DNA of 64,000 bases from a virus (IMGVR_UViG_3300045988_005640), one strand, 5' to 3'; positions 33,140 to 43,541 are shown, counted from the first letter of the stretch. The notes: generated by a model from the letters alone, not told the origin. Numbers and translations are program-made.

Positions 33140-33218
33140 TCCCTTGTTGACTGATTGTTGAGATGGTGTTAATATTCTTTATGGGTATTCTCACCATCTT
33201 GGCTGATGAGGTGATTAA

Positions 33219-33413
33219 ATGCCTACAATCCTAGCAATTCTTCTAAAAAATCTAGGTAGCTTCTTCTGGAAACTCATTTTATCCCTTCTAAGTGAATACA
33301 TGATTGAGAAAGTGTTCTTTAAGCTTGCAAGACACCTTGCGAGTAAAACAGACACACCTATTGATGATGAGTTCGTAGATAACTTAGAAAAAGCTTTTAA
33401 GGGGGAGAAATAA
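33219..33413 (+). CDS. hypothetical small hydrophobic protein (holin-like?)
   Basis: 64 aa, hydrophobic N-terminus and charged C-terminus; no endolysin found nearby. Confidence 0.4.
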   Translation: MPTILAILLKNLGSFFWKLILSLLSEYMIEKVFFKLARHLASKTDTPIDDEFVDNLEKAFKGEK

Positions 33414-33785
33414 ATGAAGTGGCTAGAGGAAGCTTTTAAAAATAATATTGGTGCAATTGTAGTTGGTATTTTTAGTGTTATTGGGATGTATACCACGATG
33501 CAGGTTTCAAGTGGTAAACAAGAAGTGTCTGTCACAACAAAGTTACAGCAGCTAGATAATTATTCCAAAAGTAACTATTCAGCTATTCGTGATTTACAGT
33601 CTGACATGAGACTGATTCAGCTAGGGATGGAGAACCAGAAAGTTCAGTTAGAGAATGTTAAGGGTGAAAACGCAAAACTTACCAAAACTCTTGATAAATT
33701 CTCTGACAGTGTGAATAATCTGGCTCAATCAGTATCAGCCCTCCAAGCTATTACTGAAAAGAACACAAAGAATACTGAAAAATAA
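33414..33785 (+). CDS. hypothetical membrane protein with coiled-coil C-terminus (lysis-associated or spanin-like?)
   Basis: 123 aa; one N-terminal TM-like segment (IGAIVVGIFSVIGMYTTM) then a predicted coiled coil. Confidence 0.45.
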   Translation: MKWLEEAFKNNIGAIVVGIFSVIGMYTTMQVSSGKQEVSVTTKLQQLDNYSKSNYSAIRDLQSDMRLIQLGMENQKVQLENVKGENAKLTKTLDKFSDSVNNLAQSVSALQAITEKNTKNTEK

Positions 33786-33792
33786 AGTTTAA

Positions 33793-33818
33793 GGCTCCTT
33801 TTTACGGGAGCCTTTTTT
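33793..33818 (+). terminator. rho-independent terminator at the convergent gene junction
   Basis: Stem GGCTCC/GGAGCC, then TTTTTT. Confidence 0.65.
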
Positions 33819-33821
33819 GTT

Positions 33822-34721
33822 TTACTTGCCTACTGACAGAGGTGCTTCAATCTTCCCTGCATGTTGGTAGTTGTTAATGCCACCAATAAAATCACTTGCA
33901 GTAAGATGTTTTAAGTCACTTAAAGTGTTAAGCTGTACACCAATCTCAAAAGTAGGTGCATGGAACTCTTCATTGTTCATCAGTTCATAAACCTGCTTCA
34001 TATGGTTCTGATAAATCTGAGTATCTCCAAAGACACCTATCAAGTATCGTGGAGTGTATCCAGTCATCTTACAAAGAACTTCCAGAATAAAACCATAAGA
34101 TGCAATGTTAAACGGAAGTCCTAAAAATGTGTCTACAGAACGCTGATACCATTGCAAATCTACTTCACCTTCGTTGGTGATATAAATCTGAAACAGAACA
34201 TGACAAGGTGCTAAAGCCATCGAGTTTGCTGCAATATCTGCTGCATTCCAAGCATTAACAAGCATGTAGCGGTCTGTGATATCACCTTTCATCTTTGTTA
34301 CTAAGGTCTCTAACTGGTCTACAACACAACCATTATGACCTTCAAAGTTTCTCCACTGAACCCCGTAGATTCTCCCACCTGCATCTTCTAACCAATCTTG
34401 TTCAGAAGAATAATTAGAGCTTAACCAGCGTTTAAAATCATCTGACCAGATAGTCCAACGCTCCCCATCATTTTCACCCCAAGTACGATAACGGAGTTCA
34501 CCAAGTTTATTCTCACCATTCAGGAACCATAAAGCTTCCCCAATAACTTGCCGTGTAAACACCTGTTTAGATGTTAAGAGTGGAAAACCAGTACGCATAT
34601 CAAAGCGAAACTGTGGTGGAGCAAATGCAGAGATAACATCTCCAGTTCGTGTAGTACGCAGTTCACCAACGGATAAAACATGGTTCAGGATATTTTTGTA
34701 ACTCAAATCAGCTTGTGACAT
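33822..34721 (-). CDS. thyA: thymidylate synthase family protein
   Basis: 299 aa; motifs RTGxxxxSxF..RFD, FPLLT, active-site Cys context (ALAPCH), QWYQRS.D.FLGLPFNIASY. Confidence 0.85.
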   Translation of the reverse strand: MSQADLSYKNILNHVLSVGELRTTRTGDVISAFAPPQFRFDMRTGFPLLTSKQVFTRQVIGEALWFLNGENKLGELRYRTWGENDGERWTIWSDDFKRWLSSNYSSEQDWLEDAGGRIYGVQWRNFEGHNGCVVDQLETLVTKMKGDITDRYMLVNAWNAADIAANSMALAPCHVLFQIYITNEGEVDLQWYQRSVDTFLGLPFNIASYGFILEVLCKMTGYTPRYLIGVFGDTQIYQNHMKQVYELMNNEEFHAPTFEIGVQLNTLSDLKHLTASDFIGGINNYQHAGKIEAPLSVGK

Positions 34722-34722
34722 A

Positions 34723-35268
34723 TCAAAAGTGTCCTTTTACTTGTGGAACATAGATTTCAAAGGTTGCTTTACCATCTACTGATGGTTTTGACTGAATCTT
34801 AGCGAAAATTTGACGGTCATGCAACTTATCAAAGAAATTCTCAAAAGGTAGATGCACAGTTGCCTCTTCAGTAACTTCATGGAAAACTGTATGGAACACT
34901 ACATCAGCATACGGTAAAGCACTGACAAGAATACCTACACCACCAATTACGAAGACGTCTTCTTCAATATTACTATCAAGATACTTTAAAAATGCTCCAA
35001 AAGAATCTTGATGCGCCTTAGCAAACATAACATCATCTTTGGTGAAGTCCATACCATAATAAGGCACAGAATTTGTTAAGATGAGGTTTGTACGTTCTGG
35101 TAAAGGTTTACTACCCAGAGTCTTAAAAGTCTCATTACCCATGACTACTAAATTGTCTTTAGTGAGTCTCTTAAACTCTTGCATATCTTGTTTATGTCGA
35201 GGCCACGGCATACCAGTTGGAGTACCAAACTCCCCATTTTCACCACTTGCAAAGATTAATTTAATCAT
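34723..35268 (-). CDS. folA: dihydrofolate reductase
   Basis: 181 aa; MPWP, VVMGNETFKTLG, PLPERTNLILT and VIGG motifs. Confidence 0.8.
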   Translation of the reverse strand: MIKLIFASGENGEFGTPTGMPWPRHKQDMQEFKRLTKDNLVVMGNETFKTLGSKPLPERTNLILTNSVPYYGMDFTKDDVMFAKAHQDSFGAFLKYLDSNIEEDVFVIGGVGILVSALPYADVVFHTVFHEVTEEATVHLPFENFFDKLHDRQIFAKIQSKPSVDGKATFEIYVPQVKGHF

Positions 35269-35525
35269 TTTGTAAACCCTTTCTTAATGAACCAGTTGAT
35301 AACATTCTTCACAGCTTTATTGCTATGGTAGATTAAGTGCGGTGTAGGTTGGTATGAACCATAAGCCCAGAAAGCAATGATTTCATTACATCCTGTACAC
35401 CTTGTACTCTCTTCAGCAATATGACCGTTGACTATTTCACTTACCTCACCTTGTAAGTCTGTACACCCACAATGTGGACATCGGATAGGTGTTCCATCAG
35501 ACTCATAGCAGTGTTCAATTTTCAT
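35265..35525 (-). CDS. hypothetical Cys-rich (zinc-ribbon-like) protein
   Basis: 86 aa with CPHCGC...CTGC. Confidence 0.5.
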   Translation of the reverse strand: MKIEHCYESDGTPIRCPHCGCTDLQGEVSEIVNGHIAEESTRCTGCNEIIAFWAYGSYQPTPHLIYHSNKAVKNVINWFIKKGFTK

Positions 35526-36041
35526 TTACTTAACCTCAAAAACTGGCTCAAGAACCAATATAAAGTCTACACAGTCATCTTCTTCATCCAGAATACCATC
35601 AAAGTTCTTAGGAACGAAGTCGAAGAGGCTCATCACAAAGCAGTCAGAAGTGACCTTGATAGTTCCTCCCATGTTCTCTACAGTTAACACTGTACGACTT
35701 TCTTTTACCTCCCTCAGAAGATTACCCACAAAGTCATCTAAGAAGTACTTCATCAGTGACTTAAAACCTTTAGGATAATCTGTACCAGAGTATGTTTCAA
35801 TCTGAGGCACAAGCTTAACATTTATACTAGTCTTTGTTAAGAACGTGTTAGAGAACATACTATCAGGTAACTTACAAACACTCTTTCCAGTACCTTCATG
35901 TTCAATCTCAACAAAACCAGCTTCGTCGCCACATGTAACTATTTTAAAAGATGCTTCATTCTCATACTGTGAAGCCATAAACTTTTTAAGCATCTCTTTA
36001 AGGAAATCTGCATGAGCATCTTGTAAGTAGATATCAATCAT
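35526..36041 (-). CDS. hypothetical protein
   Basis: 171-aa ORF in the leftward block. Confidence 0.5.
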   Translation of the reverse strand: MIDIYLQDAHADFLKEMLKKFMASQYENEASFKIVTCGDEAGFVEIEHEGTGKSVCKLPDSMFSNTFLTKTSINVKLVPQIETYSGTDYPKGFKSLMKYFLDDFVGNLLREVKESRTVLTVENMGGTIKVTSDCFVMSLFDFVPKNFDGILDEEDDCVDFILVLEPVFEVK

Positions 36042-36054
36042 AGTTAATCACCTA

Positions 36055-36414
36055 TTATGGGAACAAACACTTAATGTCATCGTTTTTGAAAACGAAACTT
36101 GTGTAGTTATAACCATCAACATCCAACCAAACAGCCTGAACATCTACACCATCAAGATTCTGGTAAAGCTCTTTGATGAAGTGGTCTTTCACAATCTGGC
36201 TACTAGTGGTTTCCAGCTTGATGTTTGAGATTGCTGAACCTACAGCCATATAGCCCATGACACGTTTCTTCTCAGTGTGCTTAATCTTACCATCTTTGTA
36301 AGCCATAATGAGATTGGAGAGAATCTTCACACCATAATACTTTTCAAGGTGAGTTGGTACGCCATAAAAGCCTAATGCGAAGTTTTCAGAGTGGATAATG
36401 TTTTCACGTTTCAT
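36055..36414 (-). CDS. hypothetical protein
   Basis: 119-aa ORF. Confidence 0.5.
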   Translation of the reverse strand: MKRENIIHSENFALGFYGVPTHLEKYYGVKILSNLIMAYKDGKIKHTEKKRVMGYMAVGSAISNIKLETTSSQIVKDHFIKELYQNLDGVDVQAVWLDVDGYNYTSFVFKNDDIKCLFP

Positions 36415-36415
36415 A

Positions 36416-36745
36416 TTAATCTGCCAACCTTAAATTGAAATTAACACCAAATTTTTCACATACTTCCAACATATACTCAAGGGAGACGTTACCAGTGAGA
36501 TGGATTATGTTGGATACACGAGCCTGAGAGATACCACAAATTTTAGCAACTTGCTCTTGAGAAAGACCTCTGGATTTAATCTCTCTCTTAAAACGATGTG
36601 CAACGAAGTCTCTCATTTCGTCTACATCCATTGGACAAATATAACTCTCCATTTCAGCCTCTCTATCAGCCTCCCAATCATCTTGTGGGGCATAAGGGTC
36701 AAAAACCTCATTCATCTTTCTTCTTCCGTTTGCGTGAAGTGTCAA
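36416..36745 (-). CDS. helix-turn-helix (XRE-like) DNA-binding protein
   Basis: 109 aa; LSQEQVAKICGISQARVSNII fits an HTH; acidic N-terminus. Confidence 0.6.
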   Translation of the reverse strand: MTLHANGRRKMNEVFDPYAPQDDWEADREAEMESYICPMDVDEMRDFVAHRFKREIKSRGLSQEQVAKICGISQARVSNIIHLTGNVSLEYMLEVCEKFGVNFNLRLAD

Positions 36746-36920
36746 TCAATGAATCTATGTTTGTAGCCCTAACCTTTTCACGTTCATCATTAAGATAATC
36801 ATCAAGAGCCTTTTCAATCTGTGAATCATCTTGACAGATAACTGTAAAGACTGTAAATCCGTCTGTATCGTCAATTATCTTACCATAACCGCTTCTGGGA
36901 TGTAACTTTTTAAGAGCCAT
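36708..36920 (-). CDS. hypothetical small protein
   Basis: 70-aa ORF, C-terminal KRKKKDE. Confidence 0.4.
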   Translation of the reverse strand: MALKKLHPRSGYGKIIDDTDGFTVFTVICQDDSQIEKALDDYLNDEREKVRATNIDSLIDTSRKRKKKDE

Positions 36921-36921
36921 A

Positions 36922-37305
36922 TTAGATACCTGTGCAGCTTCTGTTTTCTAAGAAATATTCAACACCGTACATAGATTTTTGCATCAAATCTTCTTTAAAC
37001 TGGATACGATGGTTGAGCATAGCCTGTACATCAATATCGTCATGGTGCTTCTCTTTAATATTTGCAGATTGCAGGAAATACTCTGCAAGAACGCGATACT
37101 GATAGTCAGTTACCTTATCAGTCATCTCTGTTAAAGACTCTTCAGAGATTGGTTTAAGTAGTTCACCATTAGATAGAGCAACACCTTTTACAATCTGGCA
37201 AGTGTCTTCTGGAACACCTGATAAGTCCACATTTGGAAGTTCTGTTGCATTGACTGGTAAATTCATTGCCATAACCATTGCAGCAGCTAATAAAATCTTT
37301 TTCAT
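36922..37305 (-). CDS. hypothetical secreted protein (N-terminal signal peptide)
   Basis: 127 aa; MKKILLAAAMVMAMNLPVNA looks like a Sec signal peptide. Confidence 0.55.
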   Translation of the reverse strand: MKKILLAAAMVMAMNLPVNATELPNVDLSGVPEDTCQIVKGVALSNGELLKPISEESLTEMTDKVTDYQYRVLAEYFLQSANIKEKHHDDIDVQAMLNHRIQFKEDLMQKSMYGVEYFLENRSCTGI

Positions 37306-37576
37306 AATGACCTCAAAGTTATATTAAATTTTGTATTACGTTGAGTATAAAAATAAGCTATAACACCTGACTTGTCAACAGATTTTATAGCTTATTTGGC
37401 AGATTTTTTATAAGGCTACTGCCATCCTTCCATACCAGACCACACCATGCAAAACCAGACTTCACATCACCTTACCGTGCAATACATCACTTAAAACCCT
37501 CTTAGAAGACTCTTAAGTGATGCTGGTGAGTACCCGTTGGTTTATGCTGCTCAGTATACTCACCAAATTTTCTATG

Positions 37577-37765
37577 TCAACAACTTTCTAATAAAGTTTT
37601 ATGAAGATTTTGCTTAACAACCCGCCTCACATGCCTGTGCTCTTTCTTAATAAAGAGTGACCTCTTCTTGATAGAGCGCCTATTCTTGTAAGTGTTGCTA
37701 GGGTACTTATCATGAACCGGACAACAACTACCCGTATTTGTAAACTTGATAATCTCTCTTTTCAC
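37577..37765 (-). CDS. hypothetical small basic protein
   Basis: 62-aa ORF directly downstream of the ligase gene. Confidence 0.35.
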   Translation of the reverse strand: MKREIIKFTNTGSCCPVHDKYPSNTYKNRRSIKKRSLFIKKEHRHVRRVVKQNLHKTLLESC

Positions 37766-38868
37766 TATTCATAATCCCTAATAACTAGCCCGACAGGGAA
37801 CTGTAAAGAACCCTTACGAGTCATCTTCTGGAACTGTACTGTTAAAGGCTTCCCGATAAACTCATCAGGATGCTCAGCAAGATACTGTTTCTTCTCATGA
37901 GTAGTCTTCCATGAGACATCTACAAAGACGTTAGGAAGAGTCTCTACAACGAACTTGCCATGACCACGTTTATCAGTCTTTACACCAGTCACTTTAAACT
38001 CTTCAGTGTGCATCTTCTTGTGCTTAATCAAGAAGTATGAACGGTGACAACACTCATAGAAGGAGTCTTCAGAGATTGAACGGTACATTGCGCCTTCAAA
38101 CTTAGCTTCAACCCACTTATCATGAGCTTCATCAAACTCTTCCCAAGAGTTAACACGACGAGATTTAACAGGGACAACTTTACAGCCATCTCTAAAGTCA
38201 TTCAATGGTGAAGTCTCAATAATATCTCTACGCTCAGGCCACGTCTTAGTACTATCACAGATATCGTACCAGTAAAACTTGAGTAGATGTCGGTCAGGAT
38301 TGTCTTCATTTTTAATCATAGAGACAATATCTTCTAAGTCCAACCCATGAGCATAAATCTCACCATCAAACTCATCAACATCTTTGTGGAGCCTTAGCAT
38401 TGCCATAATGTCAGGTATTAGCTCAGTAGGTATTTTATAAACAGTATTCTCACGAGAGTATGCTGTAAATACACTACCGATGCTCAAGTGTCTTGAAATT
38501 CTACAACGGACACCATCAAGTTTTGGTTGAGCATCAGCAGGGAACTTCAAATACTTTGCATGGCTAACCTTTGCAGCATCATGAGCAAGCTGTACACCCA
38601 CCTTCTCAGTATTCTGTGCAGACTCTTTTGTGTAAGCATAACCTTTGCGGTCAACCTGCTTTTTATACTTTGCAGCAACTTCAAAGAGAGCTTGCTGTTC
38701 AGCGTTACGCTCATTCTTTTTACCGATGTTTTTAGGTTCTGCTGTATACTCTTCAAACATCATCTTGCCATTTTCTTTGCCATACGTGGTAACAACTTTG
38801 TCACCTACAGCGACACATGACCAGACATTAAAAGAACCATCTTTATTTTGTTTGTATAGAATTGTCAT
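37765..38868 (-). CDS. ATP-dependent DNA ligase
   Basis: 367 aa; nucleotidyltransferase motif I KxDGxR (AQPKLDGVRC); size matches T7-type ligases. Confidence 0.75.
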   Translation of the reverse strand: MTILYKQNKDGSFNVWSCVAVGDKVVTTYGKENGKMMFEEYTAEPKNIGKKNERNAEQQALFEVAAKYKKQVDRKGYAYTKESAQNTEKVGVQLAHDAAKVSHAKYLKFPADAQPKLDGVRCRISRHLSIGSVFTAYSRENTVYKIPTELIPDIMAMLRLHKDVDEFDGEIYAHGLDLEDIVSMIKNEDNPDRHLLKFYWYDICDSTKTWPERRDIIETSPLNDFRDGCKVVPVKSRRVNSWEEFDEAHDKWVEAKFEGAMYRSISEDSFYECCHRSYFLIKHKKMHTEEFKVTGVKTDKRGHGKFVVETLPNVFVDVSWKTTHEKKQYLAEHPDEFIGKPLTVQFQKMTRKGSLQFPVGLVIRDYE

Positions 38869-38873
38869 TCAAA

Positions 38874-39431
38874 TTACCTTAGCATGTGTGATTTTACTGG
38901 AATAAAGATACCAAATTGTGAGACTGCTAAACCAGATAGTGACATACACTGTTCAGGTAAGTACACAAAAACCCCTGTGTAGAAGTCTATAAAAGAACCA
39001 TCATCTTGTTTGCAGGCTAGTTTTCCATAACCATAGTTGTACAACTTTAATGAACCATCATCATACTTTAAGTAGTTCTTGAACTGAACATTAAAAGCAT
39101 ATTCAGAGAACCTTGTGTACAGGTCATAAAGCAATCCAATACTGTCGTCGACTATTGCTACACCAAACTTTTTACAAATATCTACATAGTTTTTGTATAA
39201 TTTATTATGATTTTCAGGTGTTGCAAAGTTTGTATACCAATGTTCTAAGATAGATAACTTAATTGGCTGATTTTTAGAATATTCTAATACCTTTATGTCA
39301 TACCAAGATTTCCTAAGTCTGACATCATCTAGCCTTAAATTTTGAGACACTTCGCGGAAGTTTTTGATGATTATATTTCTGCGCCTATTGTCAATCATAA
39401 TCAATCCTCTGAGTGATACCAAGTGTTGCAA
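38874..39431 (-). CDS. hypothetical protein
   Basis: 185-aa ORF. Confidence 0.5.
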   Translation of the reverse strand: MQHLVSLRGLIMIDNRRRNIIIKNFREVSQNLRLDDVRLRKSWYDIKVLEYSKNQPIKLSILEHWYTNFATPENHNKLYKNYVDICKKFGVAIVDDSIGLLYDLYTRFSEYAFNVQFKNYLKYDDGSLKLYNYGYGKLACKQDDGSFIDFYTGVFVYLPEQCMSLSGLAVSQFGIFIPVKSHMLR

Positions 39432-39592
39432 GCATTACATGCGTAAAGCTCTAAGTCATTTTTATCTGGTTTATGAAAACAGTTCGCTCCGCAGTGACAA
39501 CGAAATGGTTTTCCACCAACTGTCAGAATGAAGGATTGAACCTTTCCATCAGGAGTTCGTACAGCATTTTTATGCTTGTCTTCTTTATTCAT
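39401..39592 (-). CDS. hypothetical zinc-ribbon protein
   Basis: 63 aa with CHCGANC...CNAC. Confidence 0.4.
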   Translation of the reverse strand: MNKEDKHKNAVRTPDGKVQSFILTVGGKPFRCHCGANCFHKPDKNDLELYACNACNTWYHSED

Positions 39593-39748
39593 TTGTGCTA
39601 TTGCCTTTGTCAGATTTCATATAGGACATGTTACTACACCTTTTAATAAAATGTACAACGCATTTTGGTGTATCCTTTGCGTCTTTGATGTGCAATCTCT
39701 CGAAACTGTGTACTGTGAAGGTTGCATCTGTCATTGTTTGCTTAGGTT

Positions 39749-40054
39749 TCATTTTCTCTTACCACCAATCTCTACGTCAATAACTTGAACATCACCAGCA
39801 ACATCAAACTTATGAATGATGCTTTCCACAGTGTAAGTCAAACCCTCAATGCGAACCAATTCACCTTCTCGTGGGACGATTGGGTTACGTTGAGCTACAG
39901 TTGTAGTGGAGTGAACAACATCATAACAATAGATATAGTTTACTAGGACTTCCATCGTGAAAACCTCACTCAATAACCGTAGTATGTGATTGTCCATTTT
40001 TGCCATAGCTGTAAGATGTTGTTGTTTGAGAGTTTGGACATCTGACAACAACAA
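39749..40054 (-). CDS. hypothetical protein (true start probably an internal Met near 39955)
   Basis: Track ORF overlaps the upstream lipoprotein ORF by about 90 nt; starting at Met34 (39955) removes the overlap. Confidence 0.4.
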   Translation of the reverse strand: MLLSDVQTLKQQHLTAMAKMDNHILRLLSEVFTMEVLVNYIYCYDVVHSTTTVAQRNPIVPREGELVRIEGLTYTVESIIHKFDVAGDVQVIDVEIGGKRK

Positions 40055-40223
40055 TATCTCTGCTTATAGCATCACCATGTAACTTGTATACTCTGCAATC
40101 TTGCATCTCTGGTGGGAGGCTATAAGAAGCATTTTTATCTTCATAAGAAGGGTTGCAGCCAGATAGAAAAATTACTCCAAGTGCAACCATTGCTTTCACA
40201 CAACTCTCAACCTTATTGTTCAC
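39966..40223 (-). CDS. putative lipoprotein
   Basis: 85 aa; lipobox-like VALGVIFLSGC. Confidence 0.45.
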   Translation of the reverse strand: MNNKVESCVKAMVALGVIFLSGCNPSYEDKNASYSLPPEMQDCRVYKLHGDAISRDIVVVRCPNSQTTTSYSYGKNGQSHTTVIE

Positions 40224-40355
40224 GATAGTCTACCTCTCTGTATGTTTTTAAATAGTGAGTGATGAGTTCTGGTAATTCACTACGTTTAACGTTTGAACGA
40301 AGAAGTGTCCAGTCAAAACCTTTACCAACCCTTCCCCAGAGACTGTACATTTTCT

Positions 40356-40589
40356 TCATAGCAACTCCAGAATATCAATACGTTCACCTTTGAGTACTCC
40401 AGTACGGTCTTTTGCAATCTTACCTTCAACAATAAGAATGTGTGCAGACCTTAAAGTGTCACTGTTAAAGGTTTTTACGAACTTGCTAGGCATCACTACA
40501 ATACACATCTCCTGAATCAACTCTGGAGTATAGCAGTTGTCGTGAAGTTGCTGAATAACGTCTGCAAGTGTCATTTTTGATGTCTCCAA
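40356..40589 (-). CDS. hypothetical protein
   Basis: 77-aa ORF. Confidence 0.45.
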   Translation of the reverse strand: METSKMTLADVIQQLHDNCYTPELIQEMCIVVMPSKFVKTFNSDTLRSAHILIVEGKIAKDRTGVLKGERIDILELL

Positions 40590-40780
40590 TACTCAATGTC
40601 AATAAGTTCTTGTGCAATGCTTTTCAGATTACCTTTCAAGAAAACCTTCTCAGAACCTGAAAGAGATGAGTTGTCAATTAACCTGTTCATTCTCTCAAAC
40701 AACTTCTGCTTACGATTTTTGATAGTCTCCTTTGAAGCACCTTTCATCATCGCTGCATGGGTTCTTCCACGATGGCTCAT
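40571..40780 (-). CDS. hypothetical small basic protein
   Basis: 69-aa ORF upstream of the previous gene. Confidence 0.4.
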   Translation of the reverse strand: MSHRGRTHAAMMKGASKETIKNRKQKLFERMNRLIDNSSLSGSEKVFLKGNLKSIAQELIDIEYWRHQK

Positions 40781-40841
40781 AAGCCCTCCTATATAAGATA
40801 CAGTATAAGGTACTCTTCCATGAGCACCTTGTCAATACTAA

Positions 40842-43541
40842 TTAGTGAACCTCAAGCCAGCTTTTACCAACCTTACCAGTACCTGTAACAAGTGTTTCTT
40901 TCTTAAGACCTAAGTTCTTAGAAGCTTGTCCATAATACCAGTCAGTAACCGCTTTCACCTCTGCCGTCATGCTTTCTGGACATTCCCAACTCGTCTCATC
41001 GTGATATGCGCAGAGTAAACGAGCACCAATAGCTGGTTTGCGACCATTCAACTTCATCAAGCCTTCGTCAATCATACGACGACAAGCAAGGTTAATCGCC
41101 TCATTTTGAATCTGAGCCTCTGAACCCATCAAAAGATAGTTCAATAATTTGTGTGGAGATTTACACCACAACCAAGCTCCAGCAACCTTTACAAAACCCC
41201 CTTTAGAGATTGCAGCGGTCTTACCAAACACCTCTTCAAGTGCCTTTTTAGTTGCTTTGTAGTCAGCTTCCAAGTCATCTAACAGCTTCTTAATTTTAGG
41301 CAAACGTATAAAGTAAGTTTGTTTAGTCAGTGCACCTTCCTGAGTAGTTGCAGCTTTAATCGTCTTAGCAAACTTCTCATCCCCTGCACCGAACAGCAGT
41401 GCATAGATACCATTCTTAGCTTTCTTACGACCCTTACTAATCTCATGGAGAAGATTCTCATCCTGAGTAGCTCGACAAGTCAAGATATCCTGCTCATCAT
41501 TCAAGCTAAAGTAAATACTGTTCAGTGTATGTGCATCAGTCCCTGAATAGACAACGTACAGGTCATTCTCAGAGTCATAACGAAGGTACTTATCAATCTC
41601 TGGGTTTAGGTACTCATCAAAGTGTTTGCAGTAATAGCGTCCATCTTCTTGACGAATGAACTCAATTTCTTCTTTACCTTGCGTTACCGCTTTGGTGAAG
41701 TCTTTATCACCCATAAAGTTACAAAGAAGAACTAGCTGGGCTGAGTTCATATCTACAGAGACAACGTTAGTACCTTCCTCACAAATCCACACTGCCCTCA
41801 TTGGTTCCCCATAGACAGCAGCACCAGACGGTACGTTTACAATACCATATTGTGTCATACGTCCAGTTGAAGTACCAAACACCATTGCACCAGCACTAAG
41901 GCGACCATCAGGACGAATCTGGTTCAACCAACCTTTTTCATCATCCTTTGAGTTCTCAATAGTTCTGCGTCGGTGCATCAAAGTATAGTACTTAGCAATC
42001 TTCTGTCCAAGTTCACCTTCAATCGTATCATAAGATGATTCAGTAAGTTTTGGTGAAGTACGGATTAAGCAAGGCTCAAGTAAATCTGTGTATTTCTTCA
42101 CAGACCAGTTATGCTCAATGTACTGGACACCTTCATGCTCAACATAGCTCAAACCACACCGCTCAACCATTTCCTGCCACTTAGGATGTTTTGTAATCAT
42201 CTTTTTATTGTCTTTGAAACGACAAACTTTGACAGGGCGACCGTCTGAGTCTTTCTTGTAGTTCCAGTCATCTGGAATCCAACCAACTGATTTCAAGTAG
42301 TCTTTAACAACTGCTACCTGAGTCATACGAGAAACTTCAAACTCAATTGGTGTATATGGTGCATCAATCAAACCTGTGTAGCGACTTGACTCAAGTTCAA
42401 AGTGGTTAACAACGTGGCTGTTATAGTACTTCACAGTTTTGACTGTTTTTACTGGCTTCCAGTCTTTGCACTTCTTACCAATCTTTGCATTCAACTCATT
42501 GCAAATTGCACGAGCATCCCTCATTGCTACAAAACCTTCCTTGTACTCTTCACCAGTTACAGAATTGGTTGGTGTATAGCAATTCCTTTTTTCAATGTTA
42601 AAAATCTTTGTAGTTGGCTTACCAAATGGCTTGATTTCGTATGTCTGCATCTCACCGTTACGCACCTGTTGACGGTACTTCGTCTTAGGGTACTTGGTAA
42701 TTCTCTTCAACCCATCTGCATGACCAAATGTTTCAACATACTCATTCCAAGCCTTTGCAAACTCTTCACCAGTTACTTTACCTTTGGTCTTAATAGTTGG
42801 AGGTAGATGTGGTTCAACCTCTGAAGCAAGCTCATTAGTCAACTTGTCAAGTTCCTTTACATGGAACTCCATAAGTTCTTTATCAGCTTTCCAACCATTG
42901 ATAGCTTGCTGGCTCATCCAGAAAGATGTTTCTTTAGCTCGCATGTAGGTTTCATAAGTATCTATGCCACACTTCTTAAGCTTGAGATACTCATTATCAA
43001 GTGCCCGTTTAGTTTTGGCGTTAATACGGATATCTTCTACAACACGAGTGAAGATTTCTGCATTCCACACACCCCAATGTTCAATCTCTGGTTTACGAAC
43101 ACCAACACGAGCACCCCATGCAGCCAAACCATGAGCACCTTTATAACCCTTTGGAGTTGGTCTATCCATCCACTGAACACGAGACTGGATAAGAGAATCC
43201 TGAAAGAAATTACTCCACGGTTTACACTTTGGGTTATCAAAGTTCCATAAATCAGGTGCAATGTGATTGAAAACCCACCAGTCATAACCGAGACCGTTAT
43301 GGATGCAAAGACGTTTTGCCTTTAACGCAAACTCAATACCTTCACGTAAGCCACCCTTAATATACTTGGTATACTTGTGACCGAGGATAGGCTCATCTGT
43401 AAAGACCCATACAGGTGGCTCTTCATCGTCAGATTTATAGTCTGCGAAAGCCATTACGTGCACTTTAGTGAACTCAAGGAGTAAACCATCAGTTTCTGTA
43501 TCACCAACTAAATGTAAGTTTTTAAAATCTACGTTTTCCAT
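40842..43541 (-). CDS. DNA polymerase, family A, with 3'-5' exonuclease domain
   Basis: 899 aa; Exo I (VGDTETDGL), O-helix-like KAKNGIYALLFGAG, motif C YHDE. Confidence 0.9.
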   Translation of the reverse strand: MENVDFKNLHLVGDTETDGLLLEFTKVHVMAFADYKSDDEEPPVWVFTDEPILGHKYTKYIKGGLREGIEFALKAKRLCIHNGLGYDWWVFNHIAPDLWNFDNPKCKPWSNFFQDSLIQSRVQWMDRPTPKGYKGAHGLAAWGARVGVRKPEIEHWGVWNAEIFTRVVEDIRINAKTKRALDNEYLKLKKCGIDTYETYMRAKETSFWMSQQAINGWKADKELMEFHVKELDKLTNELASEVEPHLPPTIKTKGKVTGEEFAKAWNEYVETFGHADGLKRITKYPKTKYRQQVRNGEMQTYEIKPFGKPTTKIFNIEKRNCYTPTNSVTGEEYKEGFVAMRDARAICNELNAKIGKKCKDWKPVKTVKTVKYYNSHVVNHFELESSRYTGLIDAPYTPIEFEVSRMTQVAVVKDYLKSVGWIPDDWNYKKDSDGRPVKVCRFKDNKKMITKHPKWQEMVERCGLSYVEHEGVQYIEHNWSVKKYTDLLEPCLIRTSPKLTESSYDTIEGELGQKIAKYYTLMHRRRTIENSKDDEKGWLNQIRPDGRLSAGAMVFGTSTGRMTQYGIVNVPSGAAVYGEPMRAVWICEEGTNVVSVDMNSAQLVLLCNFMGDKDFTKAVTQGKEEIEFIRQEDGRYYCKHFDEYLNPEIDKYLRYDSENDLYVVYSGTDAHTLNSIYFSLNDEQDILTCRATQDENLLHEISKGRKKAKNGIYALLFGAGDEKFAKTIKAATTQEGALTKQTYFIRLPKIKKLLDDLEADYKATKKALEEVFGKTAAISKGGFVKVAGAWLWCKSPHKLLNYLLMGSEAQIQNEAINLACRRMIDEGLMKLNGRKPAIGARLLCAYHDETSWECPESMTAEVKAVTDWYYGQASKNLGLKKETLVTGTGKVGKSWLEVH

